Shown here piece by piece: positions 48,123-57,553 of a stretch of DNA of 64,000 bases. The notes beneath the pieces were generated by a model that saw only the letters and a list, made by a program, of their open reading frames with translations, was not told the DNA's origin and did no database searches. Every line of letters starts with the position of its first letter. The first letter of the stretch is position 1. The position numbers and the translations under genes were made by a program. Source of the DNA: Candidatus Hydrogenedentota bacterium (lineage in GTDB: Bacteria; Hydrogenedentota; Hydrogenedentia; Hydrogenedentales; SLHB01); NCBI GenBank assembly GCA_963745075.1, contig CAVUWV010000036.1, forward strand, positions 64,001 through 128,000. The letters run 5' to 3'.

Positions 48123-49640
48123 TCAGTTTCTCCGGGATTCCGTCACGTCTTGCGGTTGTCGTATCGCGGGACCCACAATCTTCGAATTCGCCGTCACGTC
48201 CAGCATCCGATCCCACGTCACCGTCTCCGGGGACTCATGGACCGTCGGCGTCAGAAACATCATCAGCTCCGTCTGGGCATGCGACTTCTCCGTGTGCTTG
48301 AACAGATTGCCCAACAGCGGAACCTTACCCAACCCGGGCACCCGCTGCTCCACGTCCTGCAGATCGTTGCGGTAAATACCGCCCACGACCAGGGTCTGTC
48401 CGTCGCGCACGTTGGATTCGCCCTGGTATTTCCGTACGGATCGAATCGGAATTCCATTGCTGGACCCGGTGGGGGAAGAAACCTCCGGCTCGAACTCCAG
48501 TTTCACATAGGTCCCTTTGTCATCCTTGAGCACATGCGGCGTCACGGCCATCTTGATTCCCAAATCGAGAAAACGCACGGAGAAATTCTCCCGGCCCGAC
48601 GCCTCGATACCGAATTCCGTGTACGGAAATTCATCCACCATCGAAATCTCGGCCTTCTTATGGTTCACCGTGAGAATGTTCGGATTGGCCAGCAATTCAG
48701 CTTGGTTGTCCGCGACCAAGGCATCCAACAGCATCCCGAGATCGACTTGCTGGTTCATGAGCCCGAAAAACATCTGTCCCACTTTCGGGATTTGCGCGGG
48801 CACATTGAGCAGACGGTCAAAGGTCGTTCCGTCCACAAAGCTTCGCCCCCTGTCGTTGTTTTGGTTTCCGTTTCCATTTATCCCGCCAAAATTTTCGTTG
48901 TTCAGAGGGGATGCCGACTGTCCCTTCAAGGCGTTGATATTTGTGTCCTGGCTTGGCAATGGGTAATAGCCCCCGTTCACATCCGTTCCTTGGACGAACC
49001 AGCGAACGCCCAACTCTTTCATCGCGCCGGCCTTCACCTCTGCGATCTTCGCTTCGATGCGCACCTGCGTGAGTTGGCTCTGCATCTTGTCCAGTCGCGC
49101 CGTCACATTGAGAATGTTCTGAATCGCGTCCGGCGTATCCGTTATGATTAGACTGTTCGTATCCGGATCGTACGCAATACTACCGCCCGCGGACGTCATC
49201 CCCTGTAACGCCACGCTGAGCGTTTCCGCGTCCGCATTATTCAGCGGGAGAATCTCCGTCTTCATGTCCGGCATCCGGTAACCGCCGCCAATCTCCGGCG
49301 CCGTTCGCGACACGGTCACGCGCGGATTCTTCAACACCGACGAAAGGGCCGTGCGTATCCGCGCCGAGGCTTCGTTCTCCGACAAACCGGCGATGGTAAC
49401 GTTTCCGATGAACGGAAGCTGAATGTTTCCGTCGCTGTCGATTTGCGTCGTCGTCGACACTTCCGGCCGCCGGTAAACGTCGACGAAGACCAGTTCGCCG
49501 GGCTCCAAGACGCCCTTGGGCGCTGGAACGTCCTGTGTCGCCGCCGGCAATGCAGCCAGCACCGCCACCAGCCACACGATCCATTGTGGACCGGACCGGT
49601 CACGCAGTTGCGGTTCGCGTTCTCTCAGATGACGTATCAC
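48123..49640 (-). CDS. Fusion of a Wza-type Poly_export domain with Secretin_N and secretin domains
   Basis: LEPGELVFVDVY...DSDGNIQLPFIGNVTIAGLS..EA...I..L...LKNPRVTV; then ILPLNNADAE...YDPDTNSLIITDT; then QVRIEAKIAEV...ANPNILTVN...VRDGQTLVVGG...VPGLGKVPLLGNLF...TELMMFLTP. GTGA overlap with the upstream gene. Confidence 0.88.
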   Translation of the reverse strand: MIRHLREREPQLRDRSGPQWIVWLVAVLAALPAATQDVPAPKGVLEPGELVFVDVYRRPEVSTTTQIDSDGNIQLPFIGNVTIAGLSENEASARIRTALSSVLKNPRVTVSRTAPEIGGGYRMPDMKTEILPLNNADAETLSVALQGMTSAGGSIAYDPDTNSLIITDTPDAIQNILNVTARLDKMQSQLTQVRIEAKIAEVKAGAMKELGVRWFVQGTDVNGGYYPLPSQDTNINALKGQSASPLNNENFGGINGNGNQNNDRGRSFVDGTTFDRLLNVPAQIPKVGQMFFGLMNQQVDLGMLLDALVADNQAELLANPNILTVNHKKAEISMVDEFPYTEFGIEASGRENFSVRFLDLGIKMAVTPHVLKDDKGTYVKLEFEPEVSSPTGSSNGIPIRSVRKYQGESNVRDGQTLVVGGIYRNDLQDVEQRVPGLGKVPLLGNLFKHTEKSHAQTELMMFLTPTVHESPETVTWDRMLDVTANSKIVGPAIRQPQDVTESRRN

Positions 49641-51877
49641 GAGGTGCCCTCTTCGTTCCCATCCGCCTCGGCGGAAGGGCCGGTTGATTGCGGGTTCGGG
49701 CTGCGAATGATCAGTTCCTGGCCGACAAAAATGACACTCTGGGAAAGGTCGTTCCACTCCATAAGGTCCGCCACACTTACGCCGTGCGCCGCCGCGATCC
49801 CGGACAAGGTGTCGCCCGCGACTACTTGGTACACGGCTTCCGTCGCCGGCACTTCAACCTGCGCCTCGATTTCGGATGCCTCCGCCGGCGCGGCGGAATC
49901 CGGCTCCGTCGAGTCCGGTTGCTCCATCGATCCCGCGTCGCTTTCGGGTTCTGACACCGGTTCGGAAGGCGTATCCGCCTTGTCGGTTCCTTCTTCCAGC
50001 GCGGGCGCCGTCGCTTCCCACGGGACATCGTCTTCCGGTGCAGTGGCAGATGAGGAATCGGCCGCGCTGTCGTCCGCCCCGTTCGTCTGTTCTTCCACCG
50101 CGGCCGCCTCGTCCTTCTGGCTGCGTTCGCGAAGGACGTCCATCTTCGCGCGCAACTCTTTCTTAGTCGCGGGATCGATCCCCGGGCTCTGTACCGCATG
50201 GGTCCATTCCACCACCGCGAGCTGTTCGCACTCGCCACGTTTCGCCGGTGCTTGTGCGCGCTCGGCCAAGGCCCGGTACAACGTGCCGAGTTCCGTATAG
50301 TCCACGTCCGGGGTATGGTTGTCCTGCATCCCAACCGCCTGAAGATAGTACGATCGCGCCGAGTCGTCCTGGCCCAACTTCGCGTACGAGCGCGCGAGGA
50401 TTCGCACCGCCGGCACCGCGGCCATCGGATCCAGCAGGCGTAGCTCCGGATCGCGCAGTAGCTCGATCGCTTGCTGATACTCGCCAAGCTCGTAGTACAG
50501 CCGCCCCATCAAGGTCCGCGCTCGCGGCGCCTTTGCGTGCGTCGGGTACGCATCCAGAAATTGCTTGAACATTTCGATCGATCGCGTATACACCTGCTGG
50601 CGTTCATCCACCGACGATGGTTGCAGCAGTTGCAAGGTGAATGCCGCTGCAAACTGGGCATCCGCCCCCAACTCGCTTCCCGGGTTCCGCTTTGCAAACG
50701 CTGCGTAAGTAGCTGACGCCTGCCGGTACTCCCCTTTCGCGGCCATCGTGACCGCCTCGTTATAAAGCGCCGTGGGGTTCGATACGTTTTCGTCGTACCA
50801 CGTATACGCCTCGTAACCACCTACGGCCACGGCCGCCAGTACAATAAGTCCCGCCGCCACGCGCAACATGCGGCGGCGTGCATCCTTTCGATGTCCCGAA
50901 CGGCGGCGGCGCGTCTTGGGTCCCGTATGGCGGAGATACATCGCCTCTTCCGCCTCTTCAATCGTCGGAATCCGTACACGTTCGCCAAGCTCCTCCGGTG
51001 CGACCGGCGGCTCCACATTCAAACCGCCTGACGGCCGCGCGGGGGAGGGCTCTTCCACCGCTTCAAACGGAACGGAAGACACCGGTTCAGCCGCGGACGG
51101 ATCGAGCGTTTTCTCGACTTCCCGCAGACTGGGCTCCGGCGCTTCTTCTTCCACCGGTGAAAACTCAAACGGCGCGGCCTCTTCCAACGGCGGCGCGGCA
51201 TCAGCCGATATTTCTTCGGGGTGTTCCTCCACCGGCGCCGGCTCTTCGGGCGGCTCAACCGGGGGTTCCGGCTCCGCGGCTTCCGGGGGCGATACGGCTT
51301 CCTCCAACAAAGGCGGAGGAGGTTCCAACGGCACATCGGCCACCGGCGCCGCTTCTTCGGCGGATTCGGCGCGGGGCGTCAATTCAAACGGGGCGGATTC
51401 CTGCTCTGCCGGTGACGGCGTCCCCGCTTCGGGTCCGCGAGCTTCTTCATCTTTCGTCAATTCCGCGATCATGTCGCGGAGGTGCTCCATCGCCGCACGA
51501 TTATCCGATTCCGACGGGTATTCCTGTTCCGGTGGCGGTTCATTGTCCACCGTGGGCGCCATGGAGGAATCTACGTCAGCGACACCCTCTTCATAAAAGC
51601 TCAGCGGTTGTTCGGGATCCAGATCCCGCGTCGGCTCGGGTTCGGGTTCGGCAGGGGGTGGAGTTTCCGGTTCGGCAGGCGGCGGTGCGGTCAGCCCGCT
51701 CATTTGAATGAATTCGAGGTCGCCTCCGCGTTCCTCAGGCGAGACTCCGCTGTCAAGACGCGGATCCGCTTGGAGACCCTCCTGAATTTGTTCGTCAAAT
51801 TCATCGAACGGGGCTTGGGAGTCTTCCTCCGGTTCGCGTCCTTCCTCGTCCTCGTGATTGTCAGGATGCTTCGTCAT
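49637..51877 (-). CDS. Bitopic membrane protein: acidic Pro/Glu-rich N-terminus, TM helix, TPR (BamD/CpoB-like) repeats, C-terminal LysM
   Basis: Basic stretch followed by a TM helix; ALYNEA...FA..NP.S..ADAQF; YQVVAGDTLSGIAAAHGVSVADLMEWNDL...IFVGQEL. Confidence 0.85.
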   Translation of the reverse strand: MTKHPDNHEDEEGREPEEDSQAPFDEFDEQIQEGLQADPRLDSGVSPEERGGDLEFIQMSGLTAPPPAEPETPPPAEPEPEPTRDLDPEQPLSFYEEGVADVDSSMAPTVDNEPPPEQEYPSESDNRAAMEHLRDMIAELTKDEEARGPEAGTPSPAEQESAPFELTPRAESAEEAAPVADVPLEPPPPLLEEAVSPPEAAEPEPPVEPPEEPAPVEEHPEEISADAAPPLEEAAPFEFSPVEEEAPEPSLREVEKTLDPSAAEPVSSVPFEAVEEPSPARPSGGLNVEPPVAPEELGERVRIPTIEEAEEAMYLRHTGPKTRRRRSGHRKDARRRMLRVAAGLIVLAAVAVGGYEAYTWYDENVSNPTALYNEAVTMAAKGEYRQASATYAAFAKRNPGSELGADAQFAAAFTLQLLQPSSVDERQQVYTRSIEMFKQFLDAYPTHAKAPRARTLMGRLYYELGEYQQAIELLRDPELRLLDPMAAVPAVRILARSYAKLGQDDSARSYYLQAVGMQDNHTPDVDYTELGTLYRALAERAQAPAKRGECEQLAVVEWTHAVQSPGIDPATKKELRAKMDVLRERSQKDEAAAVEEQTNGADDSAADSSSATAPEDDVPWEATAPALEEGTDKADTPSEPVSEPESDAGSMEQPDSTEPDSAAPAEASEIEAQVEVPATEAVYQVVAGDTLSGIAAAHGVSVADLMEWNDLSQSVIFVGQELIIRSPNPQSTGPSAEADGNEEGTS

Positions 51878-52976
51878 GGAGTTCTGTCAACAAGACCCTG
51901 TCGGGATTCGTTCGCGCAGCCTTTAACAGAAGCCGGTTCGCGCGCGACGTCGACACCGTACCCGCCCGGCGCTGGCCGGCAACGGAACCGGCCGGCCGCA
52001 GCGAGTCTTCCAGTTCAATCGGCATTTCATGGGCCGGACGCGGCGCCTTCATAAACCGGTCGGCGATTCGCGCACGCTTCTCGTCGTCCGGCAGCGTCGT
52101 CTTTTGAATCGTGTGTAATACGATAGCCTGTCCAATATGCCGCGTACGCAGTTGGCACGCCAGCAACAACGCGTTCCGGCACAAGGTCACCGTCACCCGC
52201 GGGCTGCCCTCCGCGTACGAATGAATCACTTTCACCGCGTCGTCGTCAAACTCCGGGCCCCGTTCCGAAGCCCCGGCCTGGCGCAGCCGGAAATCGATGA
52301 GGCTCCGCGTGTCCCGTTCGCTCAGCGGACCCAGCGTATACGTCATGTTTACCCGTTGCTCGAAATTGGGCGCCGCCCGCAACACGTGCATCCACTCCAA
52401 CTGAGCGAACAGGATCAGATTGATCAGTTTGTGCTGCGGCGTCTCCAGGTTCTGCACAAGACGCAACAATTCCAACTGGCCACGCTTATTCAGATTCTGC
52501 GCATCGTCGATAATAAGCGTGTTGATTCGTTCGCGTTTCGTCAACAGGTAGTGGTACAACGACTCCATGTACCCCACAAAAGACCGCGTTTCCGGCCGCA
52601 AGCCGAACTGCGTGACGATGCTCTCAAGAAGCGAAAAACTGGTCCAGGACGGAATGGGCGACGCGATCACCGCCGTGTTGTACCGGTCCGAACGGGTCCG
52701 CATCCCCGTGAGCAGCTTGCGCAACAACGTGGTCTTGCCCGTGCCGTAGCTGCCGAGCACCACCGCGATGCCGTGCCGCTCGTCGACCGTGTTCCAGAGA
52801 TGAAAAAGACACTCCCGGTGGGCGTTGGTGGCGTAATAGTACGCGGGATCCGCCGTCGCCGCGAAGGGTTGTTCGGTCAGGCCAAAGTGGTCCAGCAACG
52901 ACAATCCCGTGCGTCCCATTCCCGGCTCGTCCGGACCCCAAACGTCTTCGTTCGGCGTGGCCGCGTGTCCATTCAT
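51861..52976 (-). CDS. ExeA/GspA-family AAA ATPase
   Basis: HFGL.EQPF...DP.YYY, Walker A GSYGTGKTT, Walker B LIIDDAQNL and ID.RL..AG. Confidence 0.9.
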   Translation of the reverse strand: MNGHAATPNEDVWGPDEPGMGRTGLSLLDHFGLTEQPFAATADPAYYYATNAHRECLFHLWNTVDERHGIAVVLGSYGTGKTTLLRKLLTGMRTRSDRYNTAVIASPIPSWTSFSLLESIVTQFGLRPETRSFVGYMESLYHYLLTKRERINTLIIDDAQNLNKRGQLELLRLVQNLETPQHKLINLILFAQLEWMHVLRAAPNFEQRVNMTYTLGPLSERDTRSLIDFRLRQAGASERGPEFDDDAVKVIHSYAEGSPRVTVTLCRNALLLACQLRTRHIGQAIVLHTIQKTTLPDDEKRARIADRFMKAPRPAHEMPIELEDSLRPAGSVAGQRRAGTVSTSRANRLLLKAARTNPDRVLLTELHDEAS

Positions 52977-53233
52977 TGGTATGCCCCCGTGTCAAGTTTT
53001 GCCGGTTTACGAAACACCGCAAACCCGTCTCTGCTCCGCCGCGAGCAGCGCTCTGGGCTTGCCGCAGATGGAACCAGACGACACTGGCGAATCCGATCTC
53101 GCTCTTCTCGCGGGTGGCATTCTCCTGTACGCCCACACGCGCCGGACACGCATCCCATTACACCCGGTATATTCTACGGGTACCGCCGGCCATGCAGGTC
53201 CCATCAAGTGCGAATCCCGCTTAAGATACTGAT

Positions 53234-53262
53234 ATTCTAGCCAAGCGCTTAGAGGGTGTCAA
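53234..53262 (-). promoter_or_regulatory. Sigma-70 promoter for the ExeA-TPR/LysM-secretin-wzc operon
   Basis: TTGACA-17 nt-TAGAAT on the minus strand. Confidence 0.65.
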
Positions 53263-53454
53263 GCGGATTTTACAATTTGTGGTATGGGTTTTTCCGGATT
53301 TATACCAAATATTGTGGTCACGCAGCCTCCGGTCGACCAGAATGGTGCACCGTTGCGGAACCCCATTGCGCCGCTTCCGGGCTTGTGTTATAAGTGAAAC
53401 AACTTCAATGAACTGGCTGAAAACCATGAACTTGAACCCAAATCGGCCCCAATT

Positions 53455-55221
53455 ATGAAGCGCGAGTTTCTTGTACTCCTCTCTGGACCGCTCCAAGGAA
53501 GCGAGCGGGACATCGTCGGGTCGTTGACGATCGGGCGCAGTCCGGAAAATGGCTTGCAACTGAACGACTTACAGGTCTCGCGCAAACACGCCGTCATCCA
53601 GCAGACGCCCGCCGGCACCATTGTCCGCGACCTCGGCAGCGGCAACGGCACATATATTGGGGATCGCCGCGTGCTTGAGTACCGCCTCTCCGACGGCGAT
53701 GTTATCCGCATCGGTCCCATGGATATGAAGTTCGAAATCCGCGTCGGCGATGCCATGACCACCCCGCGCCCCGTCCAGAGTCCGCCCGAGGGTTCCGACC
53801 CGCGCCAGAGCGTTCGGTTCCATGCCGAAGAGTCGGCCAGCAAGATCGAGGCAAACGCCGCAGATAACGTCTACCGCACCTTCTTCCAGGCCCCGCAGGA
53901 CGCCGTCAGCGCCGAGCAGTTGCGGGACGCGCAGAACCGCCTCGCCGCGGTCTACGAGGCCAACCAAATCATCTCGAGCGAGCGGGATTTACGGAAACTC
54001 TTCGAGCGCGTGATGGACCAGATCTTTGGTCTCGTCCCCGCCCACAACGGCGTTATCCTCCTCAAAGACGAGCGGACCGGCGAACTCGTAACCGAATACG
54101 TCAAGCGGGGCAACAAACAGTCGGAAGTCGCCATGAGTTCGAGTATTGTCTCACGCGCCTTCGAGAACGGCGAAGCCGTAATCACCTACAACGCCGCGAG
54201 CGATGCCCGGTTCGAGACGGGCGCCAGCATCATTGCCCAGAACATTACATCCGCCATGTGTACCCCCCTCAAGCACCAGAACGAGATCCTCGGCATCATC
54301 TACGTCGATACCCGCGGCACACAGAACGCCTTTGCCCAGCGCGATCTCGAATTGCTCGTCGCCGTCTCCGGACCCGCGGCCACCTCGATCCGCAACGCCC
54401 AGTATCTCGCCAAAATCCAAAAGGCCTACCAGGACACGCTCATCGCCCTGGCCAACGCCATCGAACTCCGCGACCACTACACGGTTGGCCACACCTGGCG
54501 CGTGACCAACTTCGCCCTCGAAATCGCCCGGACCCTCGAGTGGTCCGAAGAAAAGCTCCGCGAATGTGAAATGGGCGGCGTGCTGCACGACGTCGGCAAA
54601 ATCTCCATCGACGACGCCGTCCTGCGCAAGCCCGGCGGACTTACCGAGGACGAGTTCGCCCAGATGCGCGTCCATCCCGAACGCGGTGCCCGCATGATGC
54701 AGGACATCGAATTCCTTGTTCCCCTGATTCCTTATGCCCTCTACCACCACGAGCGGTATGACGGCAAAGGATATCCCTTTGGATTGAAAGGCGAAGAGAT
54801 CCCCTTGGAAGGACGTCTCCTCGCCGTGGCCGATACGCTGGACGCCATGACCAGCAACCGGCCGTATCGGAAAGGCCTCGATCCCGAGTTCGCCATCTCG
54901 GAGATTGAAAAGGGCAAGGGCTCCCAATTCGATCCCGTCATTGTCGACGCGTTGATCAAATGCTACCGCGACGGCAAAATCGACCGCATCCTTCAGGACT
55001 ACTACAAGAAAGACGAGAAGAGCGTCGCGTGCCCCTTCTGCAGCACCTACATCCGGTTACCGGAAAATGCCTCGGTGGACTTCGAGTTTCAGTGCGGCGT
55101 TTGCCACCGCCAAATCCGTTTGCAGCAGCAAAATGAGGCCTACTTCGGCGAGCTCGTCACTCGAAACGACTCGTCCCCGTCAAGCTCCTCCTCCTCGGAC
55201 GATTCCGAGCCCGCGGAGTAA
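53455..55221 (+). CDS. FHA-GAF-HD-GYP cyclic dinucleotide phosphodiesterase with a C-terminal zinc ribbon
   Basis: IGRS...VSRKHA...DLGSGNGT (FHA); SAMCTPL (GAF); HDVGK...HHERYDGKGYP; CPFC...CGVC. Confidence 0.9.
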   Translation: MKREFLVLLSGPLQGSERDIVGSLTIGRSPENGLQLNDLQVSRKHAVIQQTPAGTIVRDLGSGNGTYIGDRRVLEYRLSDGDVIRIGPMDMKFEIRVGDAMTTPRPVQSPPEGSDPRQSVRFHAEESASKIEANAADNVYRTFFQAPQDAVSAEQLRDAQNRLAAVYEANQIISSERDLRKLFERVMDQIFGLVPAHNGVILLKDERTGELVTEYVKRGNKQSEVAMSSSIVSRAFENGEAVITYNAASDARFETGASIIAQNITSAMCTPLKHQNEILGIIYVDTRGTQNAFAQRDLELLVAVSGPAATSIRNAQYLAKIQKAYQDTLIALANAIELRDHYTVGHTWRVTNFALEIARTLEWSEEKLRECEMGGVLHDVGKISIDDAVLRKPGGLTEDEFAQMRVHPERGARMMQDIEFLVPLIPYALYHHERYDGKGYPFGLKGEEIPLEGRLLAVADTLDAMTSNRPYRKGLDPEFAISEIEKGKGSQFDPVIVDALIKCYRDGKIDRILQDYYKKDEKSVACPFCSTYIRLPENASVDFEFQCGVCHRQIRLQQQNEAYFGELVTRNDSSPSSSSSSDDSEPAE

Positions 55222-55336
55222 TCCACATTTCTCACTGCCTCGGGTGATGGGCCCCCATCTCTGCAAATCTTGCACACCTGCATACCCGATCGTGCGTTTC
55301 TTGCAACATTTTCTCCGCAAAACCATGCCAAATCGC

Positions 55337-55351
55337 TGGCACGCCGATTGC
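55337..55351 (+). promoter_or_regulatory. Sigma-54 (-24/-12) promoter
   Basis: TGGCACG-CCGA-TTGC matches the consensus; it lies upstream of an operon encoding an NtrC-family activator. Confidence 0.85.
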
Positions 55352-55449
55352 CCTTTCACTGGCGACAGTTGAGATGAAACGGAAAGGAACGGAGGCGCCT
55401 GACACTCGGGCCGGTTTCTTCGTTCTAACGTCAGAAAGGATGGTGTGTT

Positions 55450-56205
55450 ATGGTGTGGAAAACTTGGATGACAGCAGCGACGGTAGCGGGGATTGCAGCG
55501 GTAGCCCTGGTAGTGGCGCCGGCCTTGGCGCAGACAGACGATAAACCCGCAACGGCCAAGCAGGAAAACACGGCCGCCCCCCAGACGGACAAAGCCGACA
55601 CAAACACCTGGCAACCCGGTCAGGGCCGGGGACGCGGCCAGGCCAATGCCGCCGGCCGGGGACAAGGTCCACGATTTGAAGATGCGGACAAGGACGGCAT
55701 CTGCGACAATCGTCCCGTCGCCAAGGGGCGTGGCCAAGGTCGCGGCCGTCAGATGGCCGGCCCGGGCCAGGGACAGGGGCGCATGCACGCTAACGCGCAG
55801 GGTCCCGGACAGGGCCGCGGGAAAGCCATCGGCCAGGGACAAGGCCAGGGCCGTGGACGCCAGATGGCCCAAGGCGGTCAGGGTCGCGGCCGGATGCACG
55901 GTAATGCCAATGGTCCCGGCCAAGGCCGAGGCTATGGCATGGGCCAGGGTTCCGGACATGGCCAGGGCCGCGGCTATGGCATGGGCCAAGGTCCCGGACA
56001 AGGCCAGGGCCGCGGCTATGGCATGGGCCAAGGTCCCGGACAAGGCCAGGGCCGCGGCTATGGCATGGGCCAAGGTCCCGGACAAGGCCAGGGGCGCAAC
56101 AAGGCGATGATGGACTGTGGCCAGGGCCGTGGGTTCGGTAACGGCCAAGGCCGTGGCCAAGGGTATGGGTGCGGTAACGGCCAGTGCCGCTGCATAAACC
56201 GCTAG
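55450..56205 (+). CDS. Secreted Gly/Gln/Arg-rich low-complexity repeat protein
   Basis: AAGGA RBS; signal peptide ending ALA; DADKDGICD Ca-loop-like motif; GQGRG repeats; Cys-rich tail. Confidence 0.8.
   Translation: MVWKTWMTAATVAGIAAVALVVAPALAQTDDKPATAKQENTAAPQTDKADTNTWQPGQGRGRGQANAAGRGQGPRFEDADKDGICDNRPVAKGRGQGRGRQMAGPGQGQGRMHANAQGPGQGRGKAIGQGQGQGRGRQMAQGGQGRGRMHGNANGPGQGRGYGMGQGSGHGQGRGYGMGQGPGQGQGRGYGMGQGPGQGQGRGYGMGQGPGQGQGRNKAMMDCGQGRGFGNGQGRGQGYGCGNGQCRCINR
55918..56085 (+). repeat. Four 42-bp coding tandem repeats (GQGRGYGMGQGPGQ)
   Basis: Three identical copies of ggccagggccgcggctatggcatgggccaaggtcccggacaa plus one diverged copy. Confidence 0.9.
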
Positions 56206-56228
56206 GCTCGTAACATCGAAAAGCCCAC

Positions 56229-57548
56229 GTGAACGTAGTGAAGAGCCGAAGTAACCGATGGAGCATTCCGGTAGTCGCCCTCGTGGCGGCCGCCGGAATG
56301 CTCTGGCTGTTCCACGACTTTCGTGTACAAGACGCGGCCAGCACCCAGATCGCCCTGGAACGGGGAGAGGCCGTCCTCGAATCGCTCGCCGCCGGCCTTC
56401 GCGGTAACACGCGCATGGGGCGCTACCGTCCCGATTATCTCGCGGACATCTTCTCCGAGCTGGCCCAGTCCCAAAGCATCGCCGGCGTCCGCCTTACCGG
56501 CCCGTCCGGAACCGTCACCGCTCAGGGCGGCGACCAGAATTTCCCCGACCACGCCCCAGACGCGCCGCCACTCTGGCAAAGCAACTACCTGATCCTTTCG
56601 CGCGCAATGAGTTTCGAAGAGCACGGACCCGGTCTCGGCGCCGGCCGGGGTCGCATGCATGGCACCATGATGGACGCCGACAGCGTACCGTGGGGCACGG
56701 GTCAGTACGTGCTGACGGTTGCCGTCGATACGGCATGGCTCCGCACCGCACGAGATCGCGAGTTCCGGCAATTACTTCTGGCATCGATCGTTTGGCTTGG
56801 CCTCGTGTGCCCGCTCGTACTCGCCATGCTCCGCGCGCGGGAACGCCAACGGCAGCTGACCACCGATCTCCTGATCGCGGAAGAGCGGGCGCACCGGCAA
56901 GAAGAGCTGGCCCGTATCGGCGCCGGGCTCGCCCACGAAACAAAAAACCCCCTGGGCATTGTGCGGGGACTGGCGCAATCCATCCACGATACGTCCGGCC
57001 TGCCGCCGGAAACCAAGCGCATGGCCCGCGACATCGTCGACGAAGCGGACCGAACCGTGGGCCAGGTCAATTCGTTCCTGGATCTCGCACGCCCCAAGGA
57101 TCCCACGTGCATTCCGGTCGACGTCGACGCCCTCTTCGACTCCCTGGTTCCCTTGCTCCAAGCCGAGGGGTCGAACAAACAAATCGAGTTCCGCGCGGAA
57201 AAACTCGGGATGCGCATCGAGGCCGACGAAAACTTGCTCCGCCGCTGCGTGATGAACCTCGCCATCAATGCAATTCGTTCCATCGACGACAAGGGCGCGG
57301 TTACGCTGAGCGCAAGCCGCGACGGCGACGCGGTTACACTTGCGGTCTCCGACACCGGGTCCGGCATATCTTCCGAGGATCTCGCCCGTGTAAAAGAGCC
57401 CTATTTCAGCCGCTTCCAGGGCGGCACCGGTCTCGGCCTCGCCATCGTAGACCACATTGTTCGCGCCCACGGCTGGACCTTGCACATTGACTCGACGCCG
57501 GGCGCGGGGACGCGCGTGTCCATCCACGGCGTGCGTGCGGTAGGATAG
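56229..57548 (+). CDS. Membrane sensor histidine kinase
   Basis: Two TM helices; LAHETKNPL H-box, NLAINA, DTGSG and GTGLGL. Confidence 0.93.
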   Translation: MNVVKSRSNRWSIPVVALVAAAGMLWLFHDFRVQDAASTQIALERGEAVLESLAAGLRGNTRMGRYRPDYLADIFSELAQSQSIAGVRLTGPSGTVTAQGGDQNFPDHAPDAPPLWQSNYLILSRAMSFEEHGPGLGAGRGRMHGTMMDADSVPWGTGQYVLTVAVDTAWLRTARDREFRQLLLASIVWLGLVCPLVLAMLRARERQRQLTTDLLIAEERAHRQEELARIGAGLAHETKNPLGIVRGLAQSIHDTSGLPPETKRMARDIVDEADRTVGQVNSFLDLARPKDPTCIPVDVDALFDSLVPLLQAEGSNKQIEFRAEKLGMRIEADENLLRRCVMNLAINAIRSIDDKGAVTLSASRDGDAVTLAVSDTGSGISSEDLARVKEPYFSRFQGGTGLGLAIVDHIVRAHGWTLHIDSTPGAGTRVSIHGVRAVG

Positions 57549-57553
57549 TTGTC

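Noticed and set aside
52977..53230. ops/JUMPstart element or c-di-GMP riboswitch in the EPS operon leader
   Set aside because: GGCGGTACCC only partly matches ops, and I could not build a GEMM-like structure by eye.
55918..56085. 42-bp repeats as a possible CRISPR array
   Set aside because: The repeats are contiguous with no spacers and are in-frame coding repeats.
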